From positions 13,895-77,894 of the forward strand of contig JAFWDK010000008.1 in the NCBI GenBank assembly GCA_017513085.1: a stretch of 64,000 nt of DNA, given 5' to 3'. The translations under genes and the position numbers were made by a program. The stretch comes from Clostridiales bacterium. GTDB taxonomy: Bacteria > Bacillota > Clostridia > Saccharofermentanales > Saccharofermentanaceae. Below, piece by piece: positions 19,028 to 28,310 of this stretch. Within the stretch, counting starts at the first letter, position 1, and the number at the start of each line of letters is the position of its first letter. Below the pieces are notes generated by a model. It saw nothing but the letters and a program-made list of their open reading frames with translations. It was not told where the DNA came from and did no database searches.

Positions 19028-21490
19028 ATGTTTTCAGAAAAAGCATTAGCTTTAACTACAGCTTGTCTTCTGGCGGCAAGTCCTTTTTCCGGCAAGGGAA
19101 AACAACAAAACAACATATTGGATATGTCTTCATTTGCCGCTAATTACGGAGTGCAGCTCGCGAAAGACAATGATATTCGGGAACTCATCGCTCAAAAGAC
19201 CGGGGTCCGTGTCTTTGAGCACTGGCTTGCTCCGGATGAGCTGCCTTCTGACGCCATCAATTCGATCATTGCTTCCGGTAAGGCTCCGGATTTCATCGAT
19301 GGTGGCGATGGAACCCAGATGCTGTACGATGCCGGGATGCTTGTGGCCTGGGATGAGTATCTTGCTAAGCCTGAGTACTCCAATCTGAAAGAGATGTACT
19401 CGGATAAAGAATGGGATATGTTCAGGCAGAGCGACGGAAAGATCTATTGGGCAAACCAGTTTAATAACAGTTTCAACGGAATCCCGGCAAATCGCTATTA
19501 CAACGACTATGCTTTTTGGATCCAGGTACGTGTTCTCGAGTGGGCCGGTTATCCGGTAATCGAGACACTGGATGAGTATTTTGATCTTCTTGTAAGATAT
19601 ACTCAGGCACATCCGAAAAATGAAGACGGCAGCAATGTCATCACCTATACCGTTTTGTCGGAAGACTGGAGATATTTCTGTCTTGAAAGTGCAGGTCAGT
19701 ACCTTGACGGATACCCGAATGACGGATGCGTGATCGTTAAGGATCCTGCCACCAATCCGACAGTTGTTGATTATAACAACACACCTACCACCAAGAGATA
19801 TCTGCAAAAACTCAACAGCATTTTCCACACGGGAATGCTTGACCCGGAATTTGCCGTTCAGACCTACGACGAGTATATCGACAAACTGGCTTCAGGTGCA
19901 GTTCTCGGCATGAGTGACACATGGTGGGATTTTGCTATGATAAATGATCGACTTGCAGGTCAAGGATTAGACAAACAGGGATGCAACTATGTACCACTGG
20001 GTCTGACGATCGACAACGGCATGACAAACCAGTATTACACCGGATCACACGAAACGCTGGATGAGTACAACATATACACCGGAATTGCCGTAACAACAAG
20101 TTGTCCGGACCCCGATCTTGCATTCCGTTTCCTGAACCGTCTTCTTGATCAGGATATTCACGATCTTCGTTTCTGGGGAGTAAAAGGTACCGACTACCTG
20201 GCAGATGGCAACGGAGTATACTACAGAACAGCAGAGATGCGCGAAAAATGGGAATCACAGGATTATCTTACTTCACACGCCTGTGAGTATACATACTTCC
20301 CGCAGTACGGCGGTATGTCACGTGACGGGATCAACCCCATGAAGCCGGAAGACTCTGATTCGGAGTTTTACTTCGGCATGGCAGAACCGCTGAAAAAGTG
20401 TTTCGAGGCCTATGGTTTCACATCGTATTGGCAGTTCCTGCGCACTGAACCGAACCAGCCGATCTACCCTTGGTTCCCTCTCCTTAGAGTTTCCAATAAT
20501 CTTCATGCAGATACAGAGGAAGGTATTTCCTTCTTGAGAATGACAGATTGCAAGCAAGAATATCTCCCGAAGCTTGTTGCCTCCGACAACTTTGAATCGA
20601 CCTGGAATGATTATCAGAAGGCGTACAAAGCATGCAAACCGGAGATCTTCCTGGATTTTATGCAGAAAGTAGTCGATTCGTACAAGGGAGAAAAACCGGT
20701 TACTCCGACGCCGACTCCTGCACCGGATCCGGGCGAGGAGCATTCTGTTGGCGAGTTTGTAGAACGTCTCTACACCATCGCTCTGGGACGACCTGCCGAA
20801 CAAGCCGGAAAAGCTTACTGGGTCAAAGAGATCGAGGATGGTAACCGTACCGGTGGTGACTGTGCTCACTTCTTCCTCATCGAAGCAGAGGAATTCAGAA
20901 ACAGGAATCTGACCAACGAAGAGTTTGTTGAAACTTTGTATGCGACCTTCTTCGATCGTGCATCCGAACCGGCCGGCAAGGAATACTGGGTCGGTCAGCT
21001 CAAGAACGGTGCCATGACAAGAGACCAGGTCATCATGGGCTTCATCGATTCGAAAGAATGGTGCAATGTATGTGCGAAGTACGGCGTTAAGTCCGGTGCT
21101 CCGAATGCCAAGGCAGAGATTGCCTCAAAGAGTGCCCTCAGCTTCGCGACACGTCTTTACATCTGCTGTCTCGGAAGAGCCCCGGAACAGGGTGGTCTGG
21201 ACTACTGGGCTCTGGCACTTACCAACCTGGAGCAGACAGGCTGCTCGGCGGCAAAGGAGTTCTTCACTTCTGCCGAATTCGTTAACCTCAAGCTGCAGGA
21301 TGATGCCTACATCGAGAGATTGTACACGACCTTCATGGATCGTCAGCCGGAAGCTTCCGAAATCGCATACTGGGCCGGCGAGATCAAGAAAGGCACACAG
21401 ACTCGCGCCAGCGTTCTGGCCTTCTTCGGAAGCAGTGAGGAATTCACGAACATCTGCAAGAAGTATGGTATCGACAGAGGAACCATCTGA
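19028..21490 (+). CDS. Carbohydrate ABC-type solute-binding domain fused to a C-terminal DUF4214-type module
   Basis: IAQKTGV...IASGKAPDFI, DGKIYW, GIAVTTSCPDPDLAFRFL, WGVKGTDY; PTPTP linker; module from 20744. Confidence 0.8.
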   Translation: MFSEKALALTTACLLAASPFSGKGKQQNNILDMSSFAANYGVQLAKDNDIRELIAQKTGVRVFEHWLAPDELPSDAINSIIASGKAPDFIDGGDGTQMLYDAGMLVAWDEYLAKPEYSNLKEMYSDKEWDMFRQSDGKIYWANQFNNSFNGIPANRYYNDYAFWIQVRVLEWAGYPVIETLDEYFDLLVRYTQAHPKNEDGSNVITYTVLSEDWRYFCLESAGQYLDGYPNDGCVIVKDPATNPTVVDYNNTPTTKRYLQKLNSIFHTGMLDPEFAVQTYDEYIDKLASGAVLGMSDTWWDFAMINDRLAGQGLDKQGCNYVPLGLTIDNGMTNQYYTGSHETLDEYNIYTGIAVTTSCPDPDLAFRFLNRLLDQDIHDLRFWGVKGTDYLADGNGVYYRTAEMREKWESQDYLTSHACEYTYFPQYGGMSRDGINPMKPEDSDSEFYFGMAEPLKKCFEAYGFTSYWQFLRTEPNQPIYPWFPLLRVSNNLHADTEEGISFLRMTDCKQEYLPKLVASDNFESTWNDYQKAYKACKPEIFLDFMQKVVDSYKGEKPVTPTPTPAPDPGEEHSVGEFVERLYTIALGRPAEQAGKAYWVKEIEDGNRTGGDCAHFFLIEAEEFRNRNLTNEEFVETLYATFFDRASEPAGKEYWVGQLKNGAMTRDQVIMGFIDSKEWCNVCAKYGVKSGAPNAKAEIASKSALSFATRLYICCLGRAPEQGGLDYWALALTNLEQTGCSAAKEFFTSAEFVNLKLQDDAYIERLYTTFMDRQPEASEIAYWAGEIKKGTQTRASVLAFFGSSEEFTNICKKYGIDRGTI

Positions 21491-21522
21491 TCTGAAGTGC
21501 TGCTAATACAGTAAAACGATTG

Positions 21523-21561
21523 AAGGAGAGCATCTGGACGAAAGTTCAGGTGCTCTTTTTT
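21523..21561 (+). terminator. Intrinsic terminator
   Basis: GAGCATCTGGAC-GAAA-GTTCAGGTGCTC followed by T6. Confidence 0.85.
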
Positions 21562-21574
21562 ATGGGGAATGTCG

Positions 21575-21740
21575 GTCGGAATGAGCGCCATGGTGCTTTT
21601 CGCCCGTACAAATCGGTGGTTTTCGAGTTTTTTCTTTGAGAAAGGCAGGCGTTTTCGTTGATTTGTCGAAACATGACCGACTTTTGGTGTAAAACAGGGC
21701 TGAAAATACGGGCTCAAAAGCACTTCCCTGCCATTACGAC
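21575..21740. repeat. ~166-bp intergenic element with imperfect 34-bp terminal inverted repeats
   Basis: GTCGGAATG..GTGCTTTTCGCCCGTA (21575-21608) vs TACGGGCTCAAAAGCAC..CATTACGAC (21707-21740). Confidence 0.45.
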
Positions 21741-21799
21741 TGCCTGATGTAGCAAAGCGGGCTTGAAGGGACCTGACAAGACTTTTTCGGATCGAACGT

Positions 21800-22213
21800 T
21801 CAGAAAGACTGATCCTTCACAAAGCCCGTGATCGTTACGATCGCGACTTGTGTTCCCAGATCATCCTTCACTTCGATCTCGTAAAAGCAGGTACTTCTCC
21901 CCGACTTCACGCAGTGCGCTTCGCTATAGAGCACCTCACCTTTGCAGGCTCCGATGAAAGAAATATTGCTCGAGATCGATACCGTCATGCGCCCGCCGAA
22001 ATTGGCCGCCACCGCGAACGTCAGATCCGCGAGCGTAAAGATCGCACCGCCCATCACACCGCCCGCCGCATTCAGGTGGATAGGCGTGATCTTCATGGAG
22101 CAACGGCAGATCTTATCCCCCGCCTCTTCAATGACCACACCGGCCGCATCTGTGGCAAACCGGTCATTCGCAAATGTTTTTCTTGCCCACTCCAGATCTC
22201 GGATCTCTTCCAT
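21800..22213 (-). CDS. PaaI family thioesterase
   Basis: HLNAAGGVMGGAIFTLAD hot-dog-fold motif. Confidence 0.88.
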   Translation of the reverse strand: MEEIRDLEWARKTFANDRFATDAAGVVIEEAGDKICRCSMKITPIHLNAAGGVMGGAIFTLADLTFAVAANFGGRMTVSISSNISFIGACKGEVLYSEAHCVKSGRSTCFYEIEVKDDLGTQVAIVTITGFVKDQSF

Positions 22214-22255
22214 AACCAGACCTCTCTTTCTCGGATCGCCGCGCTGCAAAAGCAC

Positions 22256-22579
22256 TTACGCGATCCATTGCATGATATATTCTACAACAAACACCGTACA
22301 GCAGGCACCGATCGCCACTGTCAGCAGTTTCTTTTCAAACAAAGACAAGACCACAGCCGCGCAAAGTCCAAGAATTGCCGACACAAGATACGACGTGGAA
22401 TAAAAGATCGCCGGGATCGTCATAGCTGAAAGCACGGCATACGGTACATAATACAGAAAGGATATCACAAACTTATTCTTGATCTTTTCCTTGCAAAGGA
22501 CCAGTGGCAGCATACGGATCAGATATGTAACTCCGGCCATTACGGCAAGATACAAAAAGAATGTACCGGTATCGATCAT
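22256..22579 (-). CDS. azlD: Branched-chain amino acid exporter small subunit
   Basis: VMAGVTYLIRMLP, FLYYVPYAVL; overlaps the azlC stop. Confidence 0.88.
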   Translation of the reverse strand: MIDTGTFFLYLAVMAGVTYLIRMLPLVLCKEKIKNKFVISFLYYVPYAVLSAMTIPAIFYSTSYLVSAILGLCAAVVLSLFEKKLLTVAIGACCTVFVVEYIMQWIA

Positions 22580-23310
22580 GCCTGCACCTTCCCTTCTGCT
22601 TTCTTATCCTGCTCATCCTTGACCGGGCAGGCGATCGCGAAGATCACTCCGGAAACGACCGCGCACACAATAATGGCGATACCTTTCGAAAGGTCCTTAA
22701 ACAGTGGCACATAATAGAACATACAGGATAAAGCCACTGCCAGAAGACAGCAGCCTGCTACCGCTTTGTTCTTTTTTGCCGGAGGGATCACGATTGCAAC
22801 AAACATAGCATAGAGCGCAAGTCCCAGTGCCGACACTACTGATGCCGGAAGCACATCACCCGCTACAGCACCTAACGCCGTTCCTCCTACCCATCCGAGA
22901 AAAGGAGTAACGATCAGGCCCATCATATAGGGCGTCTCCAAGTCTTCTTTCTGGCTTATAGAAACCGCGAAGATTTCATCCGTTACCATAAAAGCAATCA
23001 CAAAACGATGGAGAAAGCGTACACGCTTACTGAGTTTTTGCGACATGGAGACAGACATCAAGGAATAACGGAGATTGATCACAAACTGCGTCAGTACCAT
23101 CTCCACAAGCGGAAGGCCACCCACCATGATCGGCACACCGGCAAGCTGTCCGGCGCTGGTCACATTGGTCATAGAGATCAGGATCGCCTGCCAGACAGAA
23201 AGGCCTAAACCCACTGTAAAAATGCCAAAAGCAAAGGACACCGAGAGGTATCCCATGCATATCGGCAGTCCATCCCGAAGTCCTTTGGTAAATAACTGTT
23301 TATTCGTCAC
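22576..23310 (-). CDS. azlC: Branched-chain amino acid exporter permease
   Basis: SAGQLAG, INLRYSLMS, TDEIFAV motifs. Confidence 0.9.
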   Translation of the reverse strand: MTNKQLFTKGLRDGLPICMGYLSVSFAFGIFTVGLGLSVWQAILISMTNVTSAGQLAGVPIMVGGLPLVEMVLTQFVINLRYSLMSVSMSQKLSKRVRFLHRFVIAFMVTDEIFAVSISQKEDLETPYMMGLIVTPFLGWVGGTALGAVAGDVLPASVVSALGLALYAMFVAIVIPPAKKNKAVAGCCLLAVALSCMFYYVPLFKDLSKGIAIIVCAVVSGVIFAIACPVKDEQDKKAEGKVQA

Positions 23311-23347
23311 GACGCGCGACCATCCTCATTCTCAAGACATGCTCCGC

Positions 23348-24457
23348 TTATTGGGCAGAGAAACGATATCCGCAAAGATATCCCTTTTCCTCGTCTTTGT
23401 CAATGACTGCGCTGGCAAAATTCTCGTGATGGATCGCATCCGGGAACATCTGTGCCTCCAGACAGATCGCTTCATACGGGCTGTAGTGAACACCGCCCTT
23501 TCCGTCCTCATCCAGATTGCACGCACAATAAAGCTGGACACCCGGAAAGTTCGTGAACATTTCCATCTTTCTTCCCGTCTTCTCCGAAGAAACAGAAGCA
23601 ACAAGAGAAACCTTATCCTGCGAGGTTTTCAGAACATAGTTGGAATCCGCGCCCTTGGAACAATTCAGCTGCGGATTGGAAGAAGTCTTAACAAGTACTT
23701 TTTCCGTCGGACAAGGTGTACGGAAATCGAATTCGGTACCTGCAACGTCGATATACTTACCATTCGGTACATTGTCCATATCCTTCTCGGTGACCTGATC
23801 GGCATCGATCCACAAGAGCTGCTCGCCGATCCGGCCGGCCGCCTGGCCATCAATGTTAAAGTAGGAATGGTTCGTCGGCGCAAAGATCGTCTTCTTATCG
23901 GACTTAGCTTTATAAGCAATGACCAAAGTTCCATCCGTTGTCCAAGTATAGAGCACTTTCATGTCCATGTTGCCCGGAACACCGCATACGCCATCCGCCA
24001 ACAGGAAAGAAAGCAATACACCCTCTGTCTCGACCGTCCAGTCATTTCCGATCGAAAGCCCCGAAATAAAAGCCTGAGCCTCATCACGGGAAATGATCTC
24101 GCCCTCCCAGAAACTGTTCTGGAAGTTTCCTGCACCACCATGGAGGTTGTTTTCGCCTTCATTCTTCGGCATCTGATACTTCACGCCGTCTATTTCAAAA
24201 GCACCGCCCTTGATACGGTTTGCAGTTCTTCCGATAATAGATCCGTGTCCGGAACCACTTGCCATATATGCATCGATGGTATCAAAACCAAGCATGACAT
24301 CATCCAGCTTGTTGTTTTTATCAAATACTTTCAAAGTATGGATCAGAGCACCATATGTCAGAACGGAGAAGCTCTCTCCGTTAGGTCTTGTAATAACAAA
24401 TTCGTCTACCGCTTTGCCATCTTTTGTCCTATCAAATACGATTTTTTCTGAAGACAT
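23348..24457 (-). CDS. galM: Aldose 1-epimerase (galactose mutarotase)
   Basis: GRTANRI, NLHGG, TNHSYFN, CLEAQMFPDA. Confidence 0.92.
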   Translation of the reverse strand: MSSEKIVFDRTKDGKAVDEFVITRPNGESFSVLTYGALIHTLKVFDKNNKLDDVMLGFDTIDAYMASGSGHGSIIGRTANRIKGGAFEIDGVKYQMPKNEGENNLHGGAGNFQNSFWEGEIISRDEAQAFISGLSIGNDWTVETEGVLLSFLLADGVCGVPGNMDMKVLYTWTTDGTLVIAYKAKSDKKTIFAPTNHSYFNIDGQAAGRIGEQLLWIDADQVTEKDMDNVPNGKYIDVAGTEFDFRTPCPTEKVLVKTSSNPQLNCSKGADSNYVLKTSQDKVSLVASVSSEKTGRKMEMFTNFPGVQLYCACNLDEDGKGGVHYSPYEAICLEAQMFPDAIHHENFASAVIDKDEEKGYLCGYRFSAQ

Positions 24458-24598
24458 AGTTTTCACCTCGCCAATATGAATTTATACCGCTAATATTATC
24501 GCTTGTTTTCAGATAGAAAGTCAACGGATATTCTGATAGAATACCAATGTATTTGATAGATATGACTTCCTAGAACTGACTGAAAACGAGGCAAATAC

Positions 24599-26332
24599 AT
24601 GAATGCAAAGTGGCGCAAATTCTTTTCGTATTATCGTCCCTACATGAAGGGCTTCATCGCGGATATGTTTTTCGCATTAGTCGGCGCCGGAACATCCCTC
24701 GTCATTCCGCTTATCACCCGCTATATCACCGGCACCGTGCTGGAATCAGGTTTTTCTAACGCCTCCAAAACCATCCTGATCCTCTCCTGCGTCATGCTGG
24801 GACTCCTTGCTCTGGAATTCTGCTGCAATTACTTTATCGCCTATGTCGGACACATGGTCGGCGCGAAGATGGAATACGATCTTCGCAATGAGCTTTTCAC
24901 GCATTACCAGAAGCTCTCCTTCCGCTTTTATGACAATCAGAAAGTCGGAAGCCTCATGTCCCGAGTGACCAACGACCTTTTTGAGATCACTGAACTATAC
25001 CACCACGGACCGGAAGACCTTTTGATCTCGATCATAAAGCTTATCGGATCTTTTGTGATCCTTTGTATGATCAACCTCCGTCTGGCCATGGTTGCTTTTC
25101 TGCCGGTCCCCTTTATGGTCGTTTTCGCCACGATCCTGAACCGCAAGATGAAGCGAACGTTCAAGAAAAACCGCGAGCGCATCGCCGAGATCAATACCCG
25201 CATGGAAGACAGTCTTTCCGGAATACGTGTCGTCAAATCGTTTGCCGGTGAAGACACCGAGATCCATAAGTTTACGGAAGGCAATGATCTGTTTCTCCAG
25301 AGCAAGCGTGACAACTACCGCTATATGGCTATATACCATGCGGTGCTCTGGTGCGTCACCGGCTTGATCTCTGTCGCCGTCATTGCCGTAGGCTCCATCA
25401 TGATCGGGCACGATTCCCTGACACTTCAAGATCTCATCGCATTCCTGCTCTACGTAAATAATTACACCGAGCCGATCCGCAAGCTCGTCAACTTCACCGA
25501 ACAGTTTCAAAACGGCATGTCCGGTTTCGAGCGTTTCTATGAGATGATCTGCATCGAACCTGATATCGAGGATGCCAAGGACGCCGTAGAGCTTCAAACT
25601 GTTAAGGGCAATATCGATTTCCAGGATGTGTCCTTCTCCTATGGAGACAATCCCACCTCCGAATCGCAAGTGCTTTCGCATCTTGACCTTCATATTGACG
25701 CCGGTGAATATGTTGCGCTTGTCGGACATTCCGGCGTCGGCAAGACCACGATCTGCAGCCTGATCCCCCGCTTCTACGAACCGACCCACGGAAAGATCCT
25801 GATCGATGGAACTCCGATCGACCGGTATACCCAGCGTTCTTTGCGCAGAAAGATCGGTATCGTTCAGCAGGATGTCTATCTTTTTTCAGGCACTGTTCTG
25901 GAAAACATCCGCTACGGACGGCCCGGCGCTTCTCTGGAAGAAGTCGTGGAAGCCGCAAAGAGAGCGAATGCTCATGATTTTATCATGGAGCTTCCGAATG
26001 GTTACGACACGGATATCGGCCAACGCGGAGTCAAGCTCTCCGGCGGCCAGAAGCAGCGTCTTTCCATCGCCCGTGTATTTTTGAAGGATCCGCCGATCCT
26101 TATCTTCGACGAAGCCACTTCTTCTTTGGATAACGAAAGCGAAAAAGTCATTCAGGAATCCATGGAAGAACTGGCCAAAGATCGGACCACGCTGGTCATC
26201 GCACATCGTCTGACTACGATTCAAAATGCCGGCCGGATCCTTGTACTATCCGAAAACGGAATTGAAGAAAGCGGCACGCACCAGGAATTGATTGAGAAAA
26301 ACGGCGCTTATGCCAAGCTGTACAAGACATGA
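24599..26332 (+). CDS. ABC exporter, fused permease/ATPase
   Basis: 6 TM segments plus GHSGVGKT, LSGGQKQR, DEATSSLD. Confidence 0.95.
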   Translation: MNAKWRKFFSYYRPYMKGFIADMFFALVGAGTSLVIPLITRYITGTVLESGFSNASKTILILSCVMLGLLALEFCCNYFIAYVGHMVGAKMEYDLRNELFTHYQKLSFRFYDNQKVGSLMSRVTNDLFEITELYHHGPEDLLISIIKLIGSFVILCMINLRLAMVAFLPVPFMVVFATILNRKMKRTFKKNRERIAEINTRMEDSLSGIRVVKSFAGEDTEIHKFTEGNDLFLQSKRDNYRYMAIYHAVLWCVTGLISVAVIAVGSIMIGHDSLTLQDLIAFLLYVNNYTEPIRKLVNFTEQFQNGMSGFERFYEMICIEPDIEDAKDAVELQTVKGNIDFQDVSFSYGDNPTSESQVLSHLDLHIDAGEYVALVGHSGVGKTTICSLIPRFYEPTHGKILIDGTPIDRYTQRSLRRKIGIVQQDVYLFSGTVLENIRYGRPGASLEEVVEAAKRANAHDFIMELPNGYDTDIGQRGVKLSGGQKQRLSIARVFLKDPPILIFDEATSSLDNESEKVIQESMEELAKDRTTLVIAHRLTTIQNAGRILVLSENGIEESGTHQELIEKNGAYAKLYKT

Positions 26333-26472
26333 CCTGAAACTTCTTCGGAAGCGGCAGATCTTCACTTGCATCTCAAAAAAATCGAACATTTCCACGACAT
26401 TTTCCATTAAAAACTTATAGCCATGCACTTTTCTTTCCCGTATAATATGTATAGAGCTTAAAAACTTAGGGG

Positions 26473-27774
26473 ATGAAAAATATGAAGAATATCGCACTTA
26501 AGCGCTTTTTGCCGCTTATCTTTGTTTTTTGCATGCTATTTGCATCATTGGGTCATCTTTGTCTTGCCGACGATTCCATCGCGGATGGATCCGGTTATCA
26601 GACCGAGGCTTCGAAGGTCGAGAGTTTCGTTACCAGAATGTACGAGATCACTTTGAACAGAAAACCGGACAAAGACGGATTAGCATACTGGTGCAAGCAG
26701 GTCACGGATAGAAAGATCACAGCAGGCGGCCTTGCTTTTCAGTTTATTTTCGGAAAAGAATTTCAAAACAGGATCTCCAAGGAGAAAATGACCAGCACCC
26801 AGTATATTACCTGCCACTACAAGCTTTTCATGGGGCGTGATCCCGAAAAGAGCGGCCTCGAGTACTGGGTAAATTACATGGGTCAGAAGTGGAATACAGA
26901 CGCCAAGAAGAAGGCTTTGTTTGTCGGCTTCGTCAATTCCAAAGAGTTCCGCAAGATCTGCCAGGACTATGGCATGCTCCAGGGCTATTACGATCCGAAT
27001 CACACGCCTGATCAGAATACAAGCGTAGCTCTTTTTGTAGATCGCATGTATCAGATCATTCTCGGAAGAAAGAGCGAGAGCGATGGACTTTTCTTCTGGA
27101 CAGAGCAATTACTCACCGGTAAGATCGACGGCGCTTCCCTCGGACTCCAGTTTGCTTTCAGCAAAGAATTCAAGAACCTGAAAGTCAGCAACAAAGAATT
27201 CGTTTCCCGTCTCTATCGTGCTTTCATGGGCAGAGAACCGGATCAGGCCGGCATGGATTACTGGCTCTCCCTGATCGAGGTCGGCGCGCCACGTGAAGCG
27301 ATCTTCAATGGTTTTATCCATTCCGCTGAGTTCACCAAAATCTGCAAGACGTACGGTATTACCAGAGGTTCTCTGAACCTTCCTACTACTGAGGTCTATG
27401 CCCGTATCGTAGCCATCAATAAGCTCCGCGAAGAAAATGGTGCTCCGAAACTTAAGACCACTGATCTGATGCAGAAGTGGGCAGACACTCGTGTTCTTGA
27501 GATCTCCACCTACTTCTCTCACTACAGAAAAGACGGCTCTAAGTATGATAAAGTCGGCCGCAACCTCGGCATCAAGTTCGGCGCCAGCGCAGAAAACATC
27601 GCAGCCGGTTCCGGCGGATGCATGGATAATCTGGATCAGGCACTCAAAGCCTGGATGAATTCCGAGGGTCACCGTAAAAATCTTCTCAACCCGATTTATA
27701 ATCGCGCTGCTCTGGGACGTTATGTTGCTCCGGACGGAACCGTATACTGGGCATTGGTACTTGCACAGTGCTGA
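26473..27774 (+). CDS. Secreted protein with N-terminal DUF4214-type repeats and C-terminal CAP (SCP) domain
   Basis: FVTRMY..LNR.PD.DGL.YW repeats; INKLREENG, AENIAAG, WMNSEGHRKNLL. Confidence 0.85.
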   Translation: MKNMKNIALKRFLPLIFVFCMLFASLGHLCLADDSIADGSGYQTEASKVESFVTRMYEITLNRKPDKDGLAYWCKQVTDRKITAGGLAFQFIFGKEFQNRISKEKMTSTQYITCHYKLFMGRDPEKSGLEYWVNYMGQKWNTDAKKKALFVGFVNSKEFRKICQDYGMLQGYYDPNHTPDQNTSVALFVDRMYQIILGRKSESDGLFFWTEQLLTGKIDGASLGLQFAFSKEFKNLKVSNKEFVSRLYRAFMGREPDQAGMDYWLSLIEVGAPREAIFNGFIHSAEFTKICKTYGITRGSLNLPTTEVYARIVAINKLREENGAPKLKTTDLMQKWADTRVLEISTYFSHYRKDGSKYDKVGRNLGIKFGASAENIAAGSGGCMDNLDQALKAWMNSEGHRKNLLNPIYNRAALGRYVAPDGTVYWALVLAQC

Positions 27775-27806
27775 TCAGAACTATTCCATCTTATAGCCCG
27801 AGATGA

Positions 27807-28286
27807 TCAATCCGCAACGATATCCGCAAACTGTCCGGATACCGCTTTGCAAAGATCATCCGGCTTGAGATGGATCTGCGTTCCCAGCATTCCTCCGCTT
27901 ACGATAATGGTATCAAAAAGTTGCGCCGTTTCATGAATAATTGTCGGATACTTTTTCTTCATTCCGATAGAAGTCACGCCGCCACGGATATACCCCGTTA
28001 CAGCCTGAATATCCTTGACATGCAGCATCTCCAGAGACTTCTCCCCGACGACTCTGGCCGCTTTCTTCATATCCACCTCTTCTGCGATTGGAAGAACAAA
28101 AACAAAATAGTTCTTCGACTTGCCCTGCATGACTAAAGTCTTGAAAGAGGATTCATACGGCTGTCCCAGCATATCCGCGATATGTACGCCATCAATAAAC
28201 TCGTCACACTCGTAATACACCGCTTCGTAAGGTATCTTCTCCTTATCGAGGATTCTCATCGCATTTGTCTTATTTTCTTTTTTCAC
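27807..28286 (-). CDS. ybaK: Cys-tRNA(Pro) deacylase
   Basis: KTNAMRILD, FKTLV, TGYIRGG, SGG. Confidence 0.9.
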   Translation of the reverse strand: MKKENKTNAMRILDKEKIPYEAVYYECDEFIDGVHIADMLGQPYESSFKTLVMQGKSKNYFVFVLPIAEEVDMKKAARVVGEKSLEMLHVKDIQAVTGYIRGGVTSIGMKKKYPTIIHETAQLFDTIIVSGGMLGTQIHLKPDDLCKAVSGQFADIVAD

Positions 28287-28310
28287 GTCAGTACCACCTT
28301 TTCAAAACAA

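Noticed and set aside
23075-24451. Long antisense ORFs (also 45666-47120, 52937-54325, 57658-58821)
   Set aside because: Shadow frames opposite well-supported genes; no motifs or RBS
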